Shown: positions 53,860-62,857 of the stretch, piece after piece
How positions within the stretch are numbered: the stretch's first letter is position 1
Layout of the letters: each line of letters opens with the position of its first letter
IMG/VR virus record: IMGVR_UViG_3300033489_000513
Source of the DNA: a virus
Length of the DNA: 64,000 bases
Strand: one strand, 5' to 3'
Position numbers and translations under genes: made by a program
Notes under the pieces: model-generated
Told to the model about the DNA's origin: nothing
The model's input: the letters and a program-made list of their open reading frames with translations, nothing else
Databases searched by the model: none

Positions 53860-54120
53860 TTAATCAGAGTATATTTGTTCATTGGAATGAATAGCGGGAT
53901 TGTAAACTTGGGTCTTCCTAATTGTATCATTGTATTTCAAATATAATGTTAATTCCGCATTCTCGATAAACTCTCCGCGATCCTTTTCCTCCCCTTCGAA
54001 CATTGCATTGAGGAGGGTGGTGCGAAGCCAATCTGGCCGACCGAATTTGTGCACTGCGAGTAATGTCACAAAAATGCCAATCAAAATACCGACAAAATAT
54101 TCATATACCATTTTTTTCAC
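53860..54120 (-). CDS. small membrane-anchored protein
   Basis: N-terminal TM; cassette upstream. Confidence 0.55.
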   Translation of the reverse strand: MKKMVYEYFVGILIGIFVTLLAVHKFGRPDWLRTTLLNAMFEGEEKDRGEFIENAELTLYLKYNDTIRKTQVYNPAIHSNEQIYSD

Positions 54121-54224
54121 CTTATTTTTATTTGGGTTTTTTGTATAACATTCTGTATTAAGATAATAGAATCAAGTCTCACTTATAAGGTCTTCTCACA
54201 AAAAAAGGTAGAGATTAGATTATT

Positions 54225-54419
54225 TTATTCCTCCAAAGTGAAGATGAAATCATCTCTATCATCGAGAGAATCTATCTCTTTCAGAAGGGTTCCATATTCC
54301 CTCATATCTGAAGGTCCTAACAGCGAGAGGATATTCTGATAAAGAAAATCAATCGCTTTTTCTAAAATTCGACATTTTTTGATGGCATATTCGCCTTCAT
54401 TCATTTTTTTCACTCTCAT
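54225..54419 (-). CDS. hypothetical protein
   Basis: about 60 aa. Confidence 0.45.
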   Translation of the reverse strand: MRVKKMNEGEYAIKKCRILEKAIDFLYQNILSLLGPSDMREYGTLLKEIDSLDDRDDFIFTLEE

Positions 54420-54873
54420 TTTGTTTTTCTATTTCTTGCATTTTTTCAAGCAATAATTCAATTTTATTCCATTCTAGTTCCGTTTTTGAGGTTATTTCCG
54501 CGAAAATATCCGCGTGAGCAAGATAAACTAAATCCTCGAGCCGAGAACGATGATTTCGCAAAAATCGTTTAATTGCTCGGATATTCTGAGAAGGTAAATT
54601 GACGAGATTATAAAGCGAGTGATGATATCGAATTAAATCCACTTCCCATTGCTCGAATCCTAATCGCTCTGCGATCTGAGCCCCGAGCTCGGGGTGATCG
54701 TTTCCGCTTTGGATTCTTCCAACATCATGATAAAGAGCTGCTCTTTTCAATCGAATAGGAACGAGCTTAGAGCTGTGAAGTCCATGAGAGAGTATGGTTT
54801 CTCCAGAATGGGGTGAAGGCATATCGATAAAGGTCATTAAATTGAGGACCTTTTCAATATCATATTGCGTCAT
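54397..54873 (-). CDS. HD-domain phosphohydrolase
   Basis: HGLHS, AALYHDVGR, HPELGA, IRYHH, LAHADI. Confidence 0.8.
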   Translation of the reverse strand: MTQYDIEKVLNLMTFIDMPSPHSGETILSHGLHSSKLVPIRLKRAALYHDVGRIQSGNDHPELGAQIAERLGFEQWEVDLIRYHHSLYNLVNLPSQNIRAIKRFLRNHRSRLEDLVYLAHADIFAEITSKTELEWNKIELLLEKMQEIEKQNESEKNE

Positions 54874-54886
54874 TTTTCTTTCCCCC

Positions 54887-55390
54887 TCAAAAAATTGTAA
54901 ATTTTAAAGGATTCATCCGTTTTTGATCTATAGGAACTCGCTCGAATCCTTTGGCGGGAGTCATTGCGGCTACTTTTCCTGGATAAGTTTGGGCTGCGAT
55001 AATGCTCCCCACAATCACACCACCTAACTTTTTCTGTAGCGGTATTATCGCTGCAAGGAAGCGTTCACCAACTGGATCGGCTACAAACTTCGTCCGAACA
55101 AAGGAAATTCCATCTTCTTTTTTTACCTCTTCCTCCTCTGGTTTTGCATTAAGGAGGAAGCCGCATGGACGAACAATAAATTCAGTACCATTCTCCTCAC
55201 GGAAATTTATATCATGAGATGTAGTATTGAGAATCTTTTCAATCGCAAGAGATTCCGCCCAATTCTCGATTTGAGCATCAAATTCTCCGTGAGAAGGTTT
55301 TTGGAATTTCCGATTTGTGAATTCTTCATCACAAGCTTCTCGTTCATTATCATTAAAACGAGAGTCTGAGGGGGGTTTTAATTGTGGCAT
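54887..55390 (-). CDS. conserved phage-type hypothetical protein
   Basis: NTTSHDINF..PCGFLLNA...IVGSIIAAQTYPG..MTPAKGFER...KRM..KFTIF. Confidence 0.6.
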   Translation of the reverse strand: MPQLKPPSDSRFNDNEREACDEEFTNRKFQKPSHGEFDAQIENWAESLAIEKILNTTSHDINFREENGTEFIVRPCGFLLNAKPEEEEVKKEDGISFVRTKFVADPVGERFLAAIIPLQKKLGGVIVGSIIAAQTYPGKVAAMTPAKGFERVPIDQKRMNPLKFTIF

Positions 55391-55561
55391 ATTAATATTC
55401 CTCTTTAGGTATTTTCATAGTAAAAGTAGTTATCGCATTTTTAGATTCAATAAAATCAATTCCAATTCCGGGATATAGTTTAATTCGCAGTTCTTTGCTA
55501 TGAACTTTCAAGTAATCATAAATTTCCTTGGGGGAAGCTTGGATTTTTTGAGCGAGATACA

Positions 55562-55786
55562 TTAAGATTCCTCTTTTCGGAATATAGGAAAATGGTTTAT
55601 TGCTTCCTCAAAATTGGTGAAGTCCGCGTGAGTGTGATTCGAGGAAAGATTCTCAGAAAATAGAGTATATAAAGTGATGTAGATCATATTATTCATCTTC
55701 CTCATTATCAGGCTGGCCGATTTTGAGGATTTCGGCATAGCGGTGGGTTTCCACAGCAGTAGGGGTATATTCCATATTTTTTGCAC
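55562..55786 (-). CDS. hypothetical protein
   Basis: 74 aa behind cassette promoter 55826-55844; frame uncertain. Confidence 0.35.
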   Translation of the reverse strand: MQKIWNIPLLLWKPTAMPKSSKSASLIMRKMNNMIYITLYTLFSENLSSNHTHADFTNFEEAINHFPIFRKEES

Positions 55787-55847
55787 CTTTTTTTGTATTC
55801 ATATAGAATATAAGGAAACTCTCACTTTTAAGGTCTTCTCACAATCC

Positions 55848-56162
55848 TCATTTTTCTATTTCTTGCCCATCCAATTCTAATAATGCATAACATTTAGGGC
55901 ATCGGATAGCCCCTTCGTCAATTTCTGGTTCGGAGTGAATTTGGCGATGGCAAAATCGGCACTTCCAAAGTCCCTTCTCATAATAATCTGTATAGACTTC
56001 TTGGAGGAGACTCAATTCTACATCTGTTATTGAATTTATGCACCCTAAAATTTGGGCTTCTCCTTTATCCCCCGCTTTTTCAATTTTCAGTTTATTGTAT
56101 TGAATTGAATTTTGCTGATCTTTGATTAGCTTTTTTAAATCCTTTTTGCGTAAGTAAAACAA
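55848..56162 (-). CDS. hypothetical protein with C-terminal Zn ribbon
   Basis: CRFC..CPKC. Confidence 0.5.
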   Translation of the reverse strand: MFYLRKKDLKKLIKDQQNSIQYNKLKIEKAGDKGEAQILGCINSITDVELSLLQEVYTDYYEKGLWKCRFCHRQIHSEPEIDEGAIRCPKCYALLELDGQEIEK

Positions 56163-56186
56163 AATAAGCCCCTCTTCGGAAAAGGA

Positions 56187-56720
56187 TTATTCTGGATAAA
56201 GTTTGATAAGGAAGCTAATTGCCTCCTCATTCTCCGTCTCACGCGCAATTTTGAGCGCTTGTTCTGTATTCTTGCTCGTAATTTGCTCATAATCATAAAC
56301 AGCGCGGGGATAGCCACAAGGAAGATGATAGATGGTATTGTTTTTGTAGTATTCAGCATGTTCGGGGGTTTCAAGCTCAATGTTCTGCTCTCCACAGCTT
56401 GGACATTTAACAATGTAAGCCGAATAGGGATCTAAACAACCCTTACAAAGTCCTTCAATCTCACGAATAAGGTCCTTAATTTCTTCCTTTTCTTCAGGAT
56501 CTTCGATTGTTTCTTTCAGTTCGAGGTTTACGTAAAAATGTCCTTGTTCTGTCTCTGAACTCCACGAAAAAGCAATTCCCGTTGCGGGGAAAATGGAAGA
56601 CATTGCATCAATAAACTGATCTTCGAAGTTCTCTTCATCGCTCAAATTGAGCACATATTTTTCATCGCATTTTTTTATTGCGTCTCGGATTTCAATAAGT
56701 TGTGTTTTTAGTTCGGTCAT
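56187..56720 (-). CDS. acidic protein with Zn ribbon
   Basis: CKGC, CPSCG, HLPCG. Confidence 0.6.
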   Translation of the reverse strand: MTELKTQLIEIRDAIKKCDEKYVLNLSDEENFEDQFIDAMSSIFPATGIAFSWSSETEQGHFYVNLELKETIEDPEEKEEIKDLIREIEGLCKGCLDPYSAYIVKCPSCGEQNIELETPEHAEYYKNNTIYHLPCGYPRAVYDYEQITSKNTEQALKIARETENEEAISFLIKLYPE

Positions 56721-57049
56721 TTTATTTCACTCCAATTTTTTTTTTGATTTTTTTGTGTATTTATTTTTTTTCTGCTCTCGTTTAACCTCTCGAAGAGAGA
56801 TTAAAAGAGAAAAGAAATTAATTGTGGAAATTCACGAATTTAACGCGATAGCCGTTGACGGTCCAAATTAGGACGATTTCGGCGCGGTATTGAATTTCTT
56901 CGTTGCCTTCCGCATCGAAATACCATTCTATCTGCCCATTATAAGGGGAAGTATTGAAGGCACAGATTTTTTTAATTGCTTCGTCATTCGGAGTAGAGGG
57001 GTTCCGCGATGATGCCAGCGGCGGCTGCCTTGGTTTTCTCGAACATAAG

Positions 57050-57205
57050 TTTCATCTCCCCCCCCGCGAAATGCGGGGAGGTCTGGGAGAAAAAATTACA
57101 AGAGAACCAGCATAGCCCGCACTGAAGCGGGGCGTGGTTTGCTGGAGTTTCGGGGACATTTTTTTCATCTCCCCCCCCGCGAAATGCGGGGGGGTCTGGG
57201 AGAAA
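57050..57205. repeat. 43-bp GC-rich hairpin direct repeat x2 (57050-57092, 57163-57205)
   Basis: TTTCATCTCCCCCCCCGCGAAATGCGGGG(A/G)GGTCTGGGAGAAA, one mismatch. Confidence 0.85.
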
Positions 57206-57306
57206 CGAAAAACTATGGATATTTCGCGCGCACGAGAATCACGTGCGAGCGGGGGGCGCCAGGCAAGAGACGATATTTTTACCCTTTTTTTCAGATCGGT
57301 TTTTGG

Positions 57307-57684
57307 TTAATTGCTCATCCTGTCATAACAGTCTGGGCAAGACGTGCCCATCGAGGCGCTCATGACGCTCCCCTTGGGCACTCGGTGCCCGCACGAGCAT
57401 AGCACAAGTTCCACGGGTTTCACGACACGAGGCATAGGTTTAGCCCGCACGTTGTCATACCAGTCACTTCCCGTGCTAATTTCCACCCCGGGGTGGGCGG
57501 CGAGGAACGCGAGGACCTCCGCGGCAGTCGCGAAGTGGAGGAATCCCTGCTTCGCGTGGACCGCCGGGCAATAAACTTTCTCTTTTTTACTGATAGCAAT
57601 TGCATAATTCTCCGCTTGCTCCCGCGTGAGGTCCACCCACGCGGCGTTGGAGAGCATATATTGATAGGTTGTCATTTTTTTCAC
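57307..57684 (-). CDS. GC-rich hypothetical protein with C-terminal Zn finger
   Basis: CSCGH..CPDC; cassette promoter 57725-57743. Confidence 0.6.
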   Translation of the reverse strand: MKKMTTYQYMLSNAAWVDLTREQAENYAIAISKKEKVYCPAVHAKQGFLHFATAAEVLAFLAAHPGVEISTGSDWYDNVRAKPMPRVVKPVELVLCSCGHRVPKGSVMSASMGTSCPDCYDRMSN

Positions 57685-57726
57685 TCGTTTTTTTTGTTCT
57701 TAATACTCTTAGGGAGAGTCTCGCTT

Positions 57727-57996
57727 TTAAGGTCTTCTCACAAGCTCTTTCTCTATCTTATCACAAACTTTATTGTATTCCACTTTCAATTTTTCTACTT
57801 CTTTTCCGCCAAACAAGAATTCTATTATCGGGTGTGATTTATTTCCTTCTTTTTCTTGAGCAATATGGTATTTTTCTTCTTCAACCCAATTTGGCCAATC
57901 ACAATTCATTCGGCCAAGAACATACGATAGAGCGGTACGAATGATGATTAAATCATCTTCAGTTAACCTCATAATTTCACTTGCTTTATCTTTCAT
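57727..57996 (-). CDS. hypothetical protein
   Basis: 89 aa; last codons ELVRRP* encode the next promoter. Confidence 0.55.
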   Translation of the reverse strand: MKDKASEIMRLTEDDLIIIRTALSYVLGRMNCDWPNWVEEEKYHIAQEKEGNKSHPIIEFLFGGKEVEKLKVEYNKVCDKIEKELVRRP

Positions 57997-58474
57997 ATTG
58001 AGTTAAGATTTCCCATTGCCTTGGAGAGAAGGGGGAATTGTACGCGTGATTCTCTTCCGAGAGCCATTTTGCGAGCTGATTTTTTAAACTCTCGCGAAAA
58101 GAGCTCCGGAATTTCTTCACCGAGAGAAGCTTCAGAGCTGCGTGAGTTCGCTTGGATTCTTCCTCACAAATGCGGAGAAGGTTGAAAAGCTGAGTCCTGG
58201 TAAAATCCGAGAGAGGAAAATGGGCTCGGATTATGTCACAATAAAAGAAATTTCGGATATATTCATCGGCTGTTAAGAGCCCAATATCAAAATCCCGAAC
58301 CTCATAGAGGTTCACATAACTTCCTTGACCGGGGGCTGTATCTAACGACCAATCACAATATTTCTGGGTTTTTAAATCGCCCTTGAATTGATCGAGAGCG
58401 CAGATAGGCTGTTTAGGGGTAGGAACCCATGAACCGAGATGCTCGAAAACTATTTGTGTCATATAATTTTTCAC
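57986..58474 (-). CDS. hypothetical protein (paralog of 59581-60078)
   Basis: C-terminal SL..QL..WL....Y.SPFSP.QW..L. Confidence 0.65.
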   Translation of the reverse strand: MKNYMTQIVFEHLGSWVPTPKQPICALDQFKGDLKTQKYCDWSLDTAPGQGSYVNLYEVRDFDIGLLTADEYIRNFFYCDIIRAHFPLSDFTRTQLFNLLRICEEESKRTHAALKLLSVKKFRSSFRESLKNQLAKWLSEENHAYNSPFSPRQWEILTQYER

Positions 58475-58545
58475 TTTTCTGTTTTTGTATGATATTTTGT
58501 ATTAAAGAGATAGAATCAAGTCTCGCCTATAAGGTCTTCTCACAA
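58465..58545 (-). repeat. ~80-bp promoter-leader cassette
   Basis: 31-nt block identical to 52576-52606. Confidence 0.8.
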
Positions 58546-58574
58546 CTTTGCTTAGTTCTATAACGAAAAAAAGA

Positions 58575-58892
58575 TTATAAAATGAGCTTATCTTCCTCTG
58601 GAAGAGGAACTACTTTCTTGATTCCAAGAATTTCGTGCTCACGATACCAAACCTTCCTTTTTAAGGTGGTTTGGAGAGTCCGGGCTTTCGCGATAAAGGA
58701 CCTATACAGATCTTCGAGCTCATGGGTCTTTGCAATCATCCCATAAGCATTATGTTGCATAGCAATGTCCGATTTCTTCATCACCATTATTTTTAATTCT
58801 AATAGCTTACAAATGAGTATCTCAAAATAAAACACTCGGAATTTGAGCTCTTCGATTTCGAGCTTTGCATTTTTCACAGTCATCGTTTTCAC
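58575..58892 (-). CDS. hypothetical protein
   Basis: 105 aa. Confidence 0.55.
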   Translation of the reverse strand: MKTMTVKNAKLEIEELKFRVFYFEILICKLLELKIMVMKKSDIAMQHNAYGMIAKTHELEDLYRSFIAKARTLQTTLKRKVWYREHEILGIKKVVPLPEEDKLIL

Positions 58893-58921
58893 TTCTTTGT
58901 TTTTTAAGGAATAGGTTTATT

Positions 58922-59572
58922 CTAAAAAAATTGGTCGTAAAAGTCAAAATCGTTTGTGATATCATTCAGGAAATCTTGAATTTCGTCATCAGTATATTCA
59001 CTGATATTTCCTTTCATATCCGCAAATTGCGCGGTGGGAGAATTCTGATTCTTCACAGCCGTTAGCGTAAAATGGCTCACGGCTGGAAATTGCGCTTTGA
59101 GTTTTTCCTCGATCGCGCTAATCATTGCGTCAAAATCTATGTGAGACTCGTTGTCGCTCGTAAATATCGAATCATCACAATCGAAATTAATGAGTACTTC
59201 GTCCTTTTCAATTACGTAGTTTAGCCACATCATTTGTTTCACGTTCTCATTTTTGTATGATATTTTGTGTTGAGTATCTTGAATCAAGTCGCTCTTATAA
59301 GCTCTTCTCACAAACTCTTCTTCCAATCTCCGCAAAATTTGGAGAGACACAAATTTGGGGAAATCTATTTTATATTTTTTGCAAATTTCCTTGAATTTAT
59401 TGGTGTGTAAAAACCTTTGAGCCTCCTTAAAAATAAAATCTGCGCAATATTTAAGCGTCAGTGAGTGAGGGAGAATTATATCCAAGCTTTCCTTAATTGC
59501 GTCTTCCTCGTTGACACAGCCTTCCGCAATGTCAACGTCACGCAATATAGAGGGTGATTTTATTTTTATCAT
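58922..59572 (-). CDS. hypothetical protein containing an internal promoter cassette
   Basis: 216-aa open frame reads through cassette 59245-59313. Confidence 0.5.
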   Translation of the reverse strand: MIKIKSPSILRDVDIAEGCVNEEDAIKESLDIILPHSLTLKYCADFIFKEAQRFLHTNKFKEICKKYKIDFPKFVSLQILRRLEEEFVRRAYKSDLIQDTQHKISYKNENVKQMMWLNYVIEKDEVLINFDCDDSIFTSDNESHIDFDAMISAIEEKLKAQFPAVSHFTLTAVKNQNSPTAQFADMKGNISEYTDDEIQDFLNDITNDFDFYDQFF

Positions 59573-59580
59573 ATTTTAAT

Positions 59581-60078
59581 CTACCTCGAATCTCCGAGAG
59601 CCGCCCATTGTTGTGGGGAAAAAGGCGAATCATAGGGAGAGTCTTGGGAAACCAACCAATTTTCTAATGTTCCACAGAGCGAAGCTTTAAAACCAGCGAG
59701 CGAGTCTTCTCTCGCGAGTAATTGTAAACATAATTGAATTTTATATGGATCTCGGAGAAAACGGTATAAAAGCGCGAGCTTTCGTTGTATTTGAGCATTA
59801 AATGCGGTTTTTGGACACATATACCAAAGCGATTCATAAATATTTTGTTTTTGAATATATTCCTCTATAGAAAGCCATATTGGGAGAGTAATAACCTTCA
59901 ATGAGAACTTCCGGATATATCTCCAATCCGTCTTTATGTCGGATCGCATCGAATCATATTGTTCATATGAAAATCGAGCAATCCATTCACCATTCACCAT
60001 TTCTCCCGCTATTTTCACTACTTTCACTTGTGATCGAAGTGGAACTTTGATTAGGAGAGGATAGAGAGAATTGAGCAT
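59581..60078 (-). CDS. hypothetical protein (paralog of 57986-58474)
   Basis: C-terminal SLCGTLENWL...YDSPFSPQQWAAL. Confidence 0.65.
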   Translation of the reverse strand: MLNSLYPLLIKVPLRSQVKVVKIAGEMVNGEWIARFSYEQYDSMRSDIKTDWRYIRKFSLKVITLPIWLSIEEYIQKQNIYESLWYMCPKTAFNAQIQRKLALLYRFLRDPYKIQLCLQLLAREDSLAGFKASLCGTLENWLVSQDSPYDSPFSPQQWAALGDSR

Positions 60079-60912
60079 TTAGATTTCCCCCCGGCAAGCT
60101 ATGTAGATTTCGTGGGAGCCGATGATAGCTGGGCATTTTAACCGGGGATTATCCAGAATTTCAAATTCGAGCATTATCGGCTGGCCTCCGATATCTTCGA
60201 GCTTTATCCTCATTTCTTTGCTCATTTTAGCGATAGGAAGCATTTCTCGGAGGAAACTTGCGGAAAAGAGCTTAGGTCCTATATATTCATTAAATTCTTC
60301 ATCGAGTTCTAAGGTGGTTTCATCCATCCCCCCCTCGAATTCTGCTTGAAAATGAAGCTCGTTAAGATTGTGATCTTGCGTTCCGATGGCAAAAACATCA
60401 TATCTCTTCTTGTTCTTGAATTTCTGGATTACTTTAACAAATTTGGAAGCCTGACAAGCCACAGATCGATTTTCATACCCAAAATCGAACTCTTTTAAAC
60501 AGTACTCCTTATTTGCATTCAATTTAGTTTCAATATTGAATTCTTCTTGAATTCCAGGAATTGATATGAGAACTTTATCGTTTCGTTGAACGACAAACAT
60601 TTTTATGAAGGAGTTCTGGGTGAGCTTGCGATCCTTCAATCGTTTTTTTAATTGCTTGTAAAATTCTCTCACTGGAAAATCCAAGTGTGTTGTCTTCGTA
60701 TAGATTATTTGTTCCAAAAAAACTCGGTGAAGGCTAATTTTGCAATCATCGAGGAATTCAATCTCGGCTTTGGAATATCCTCGGCTCGGGTAAAAATTTA
60801 CTTCGATGCAATCTGTGAATTTCGCGAGCACAGAGAATATCGTACAAACTCTATTTGCTTCCAGAATTTCAATAACCTGATCTGTTTGTTCTGTTATTTG
60901 CATTTTAATCAT
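60079..60912 (-). CDS. divergent PCNA/sliding-clamp-like protein
   Basis: 277 aa; FSVLAKFTDCIEVNF..FLDDCKISL, LFSASFLREML..SKEMRIKL...QPIMLEFEI...IYIACR align to the PCNA pattern. Confidence 0.6.
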   Translation of the reverse strand: MIKMQITEQTDQVIEILEANRVCTIFSVLAKFTDCIEVNFYPSRGYSKAEIEFLDDCKISLHRVFLEQIIYTKTTHLDFPVREFYKQLKKRLKDRKLTQNSFIKMFVVQRNDKVLISIPGIQEEFNIETKLNANKEYCLKEFDFGYENRSVACQASKFVKVIQKFKNKKRYDVFAIGTQDHNLNELHFQAEFEGGMDETTLELDEEFNEYIGPKLFSASFLREMLPIAKMSKEMRIKLEDIGGQPIMLEFEILDNPRLKCPAIIGSHEIYIACRGEI

Positions 60913-60995
60913 CTTCTTCGATGGTATTTTTTTTACTGTCTTTATTTTTTCGTGTTATTTTTTGTATTGTGAATATGAAAAGGAAACGCGCTTAT

Positions 60996-61943
60996 TTAAG
61001 GTCTAGGATTACTTCCTTCATTTTTTTTGAAATAAACGGAGACTTTTTCCTCCGCAAATTTATAGAGTTTCTCAAAATCCGAAAGCGAGATTTCCTTTGA
61101 GAGATTTTGATTCCAGATTTGGGAATAAGTAAAATTAAATTCCACGTTAAATTTTTGGTGGATGAAAAAGCTCACAATCTCTGCGAGCAATTCATTTGTC
61201 GCATATTCGTTCTGTGTTGAATAAGTCAGCGAATGACCAAATTCGTGGATAAGGGTCCGGGAAGGAGTGGGGGCGATCTTCAAATTCACAACAATTTTAT
61301 GCTCGGAAGGGACATAGTATCCATTCTCTCCTTCCAGCTTGCTCGAATCTTCCTCGAACTTCAATTCCCCGCTTTTTAAACTGGGTTGAATTATTGCCTT
61401 CGCTTTCTCATAATCGAAGGCGCTTGAGCAAGCTAAATTATTGAGGTTCACGTGAGCTTTCTTCCAAGTGGCATAGCCCGATGTCTGAGAAACATCGAAG
61501 ACATTAACCAACCAGAAGATAAGACGCTTTTTCTCATTTTTGTTTTCTTCTTCGATTTCGATTGAAGAATCCTCGGTCTTTTTCGCCTTGCTTTCGACCA
61601 TCATTGGTGCGAAAATTTTGAAAGCTTTTTCGCCTTTTTGAACTTGAAAAATTTCATCAATTCCCTTCTCGTTTTTGAAGGTATCTTTGCGCCATTGTTG
61701 ATAGCCCTTCAGACAATATTCGATATTCTTTCCATTCATCGAAGTCTGGAGAGCGATGAAGAGGAGATTGTGGAAGCTATAGGAGTGCCCTTTTCCACCA
61801 ACGATCCCCATAATTTTCTCCAAATTTATGTTCTTCGTAAAATTCTCATAAGTTTTCTTCAATTCTATAGCGCTAGCCTTAGCTTGCGCTTTGTATTGTT
61901 CTCTATTTGCATAATAAAGCGGTTTTTGAATTTGAGCTGCCAT
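60996..61943 (-). CDS. ArdC-like ssDNA-binding/antirestriction protein with zincin-like domain
   Basis: YSFHNLL, GYQQW..VQKGEKA.KIFAP, VFDVSQT, TLIHEFGH, ELLAE; start MAAQ after GGAGG. Confidence 0.8.
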   Translation of the reverse strand: MAAQIQKPLYYANREQYKAQAKASAIELKKTYENFTKNINLEKIMGIVGGKGHSYSFHNLLFIALQTSMNGKNIEYCLKGYQQWRKDTFKNEKGIDEIFQVQKGEKAFKIFAPMMVESKAKKTEDSSIEIEEENKNEKKRLIFWLVNVFDVSQTSGYATWKKAHVNLNNLACSSAFDYEKAKAIIQPSLKSGELKFEEDSSKLEGENGYYVPSEHKIVVNLKIAPTPSRTLIHEFGHSLTYSTQNEYATNELLAEIVSFFIHQKFNVEFNFTYSQIWNQNLSKEISLSDFEKLYKFAEEKVSVYFKKNEGSNPRP

Positions 61944-61944
61944 T

Positions 61945-62172
61945 TTATATTCCTCCAAGTAATTGTTCACATTTTTCATAATAATCTGCCGCAAGAATAT
62001 TTTTATCTTCACGAAGAGCTGCCCGAGCCATAGAAAGATAACCTCTAGCTCGTTCAAAAAGCGCGAAATCTAAATTTATTTTTTCTATTAAAAAATCATC
62101 AAGCTGGCTGAACTGCGGAGAATTAACTCGCAGATCAAAATCCATAGGTTTTACGTAAAAGATTCTTTCCAT
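61945..62172 (-). CDS. hypothetical protein
   Basis: 75 aa ending just before the ArdC-like start. Confidence 0.5.
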   Translation of the reverse strand: MERIFYVKPMDFDLRVNSPQFSQLDDFLIEKINLDFALFERARGYLSMARAALREDKNILAADYYEKCEQLLGGI

Positions 62173-62857
62173 AATTTTTTCACATCTTTTTTGTATACGT
62201 TAATAGGTAAATGCACCCATTTAAAATCCACCCTATCCGACCAGATATGTCGCGACTCATCGATTAGTATAGATTCCCATCTATAATCAAAAAAAAATGC
62301 TGAAATTCGCTTCTTTTTTTTGTGTGAGATATCTAAAAAACCGTCATTGTGAGAATTTCCTCCCTTAATTCCTCGCTCTAAATCTAAATCCCTTTAAGGA
62401 AACAAAAATTTTCGTTTATTCTTCTCCCAGGAAATAGACCGTAGCCGTTCTTTTCGCGTGGTATATTGTGAGAAGCATTATAGAACACCACAGAAACCTT
62501 ATAAGGGAGACTTTCCTTATTTAATTGTGAGAAAGCATTCTCACGAGGTTTCGCGTCTCTCGCGCGCGGTTCCTTGGGTCGTAAAGTTCCCTAAATACCG
62601 CAAATAGGAGAGCAAGCCGGGCTCGGGCTTGCGGGGGAAAAGACCCTCGATGAGAGATAACTGGAACTATGACGGGGGTTTCTAATTTTTATTGTGTAAT
62701 TACTTTTACACACAAAATTTGTTTATGTAAATATTTTTCCATAAACGTTCTTTTATATAAACGTTCCCTTCAATAAACATTCCTTTATATAAATATCTCC
62801 CTATATAAAAACAATTAAAAAGATATACTAGTCGCTATACTGCTTTTTTTTCTTCTT

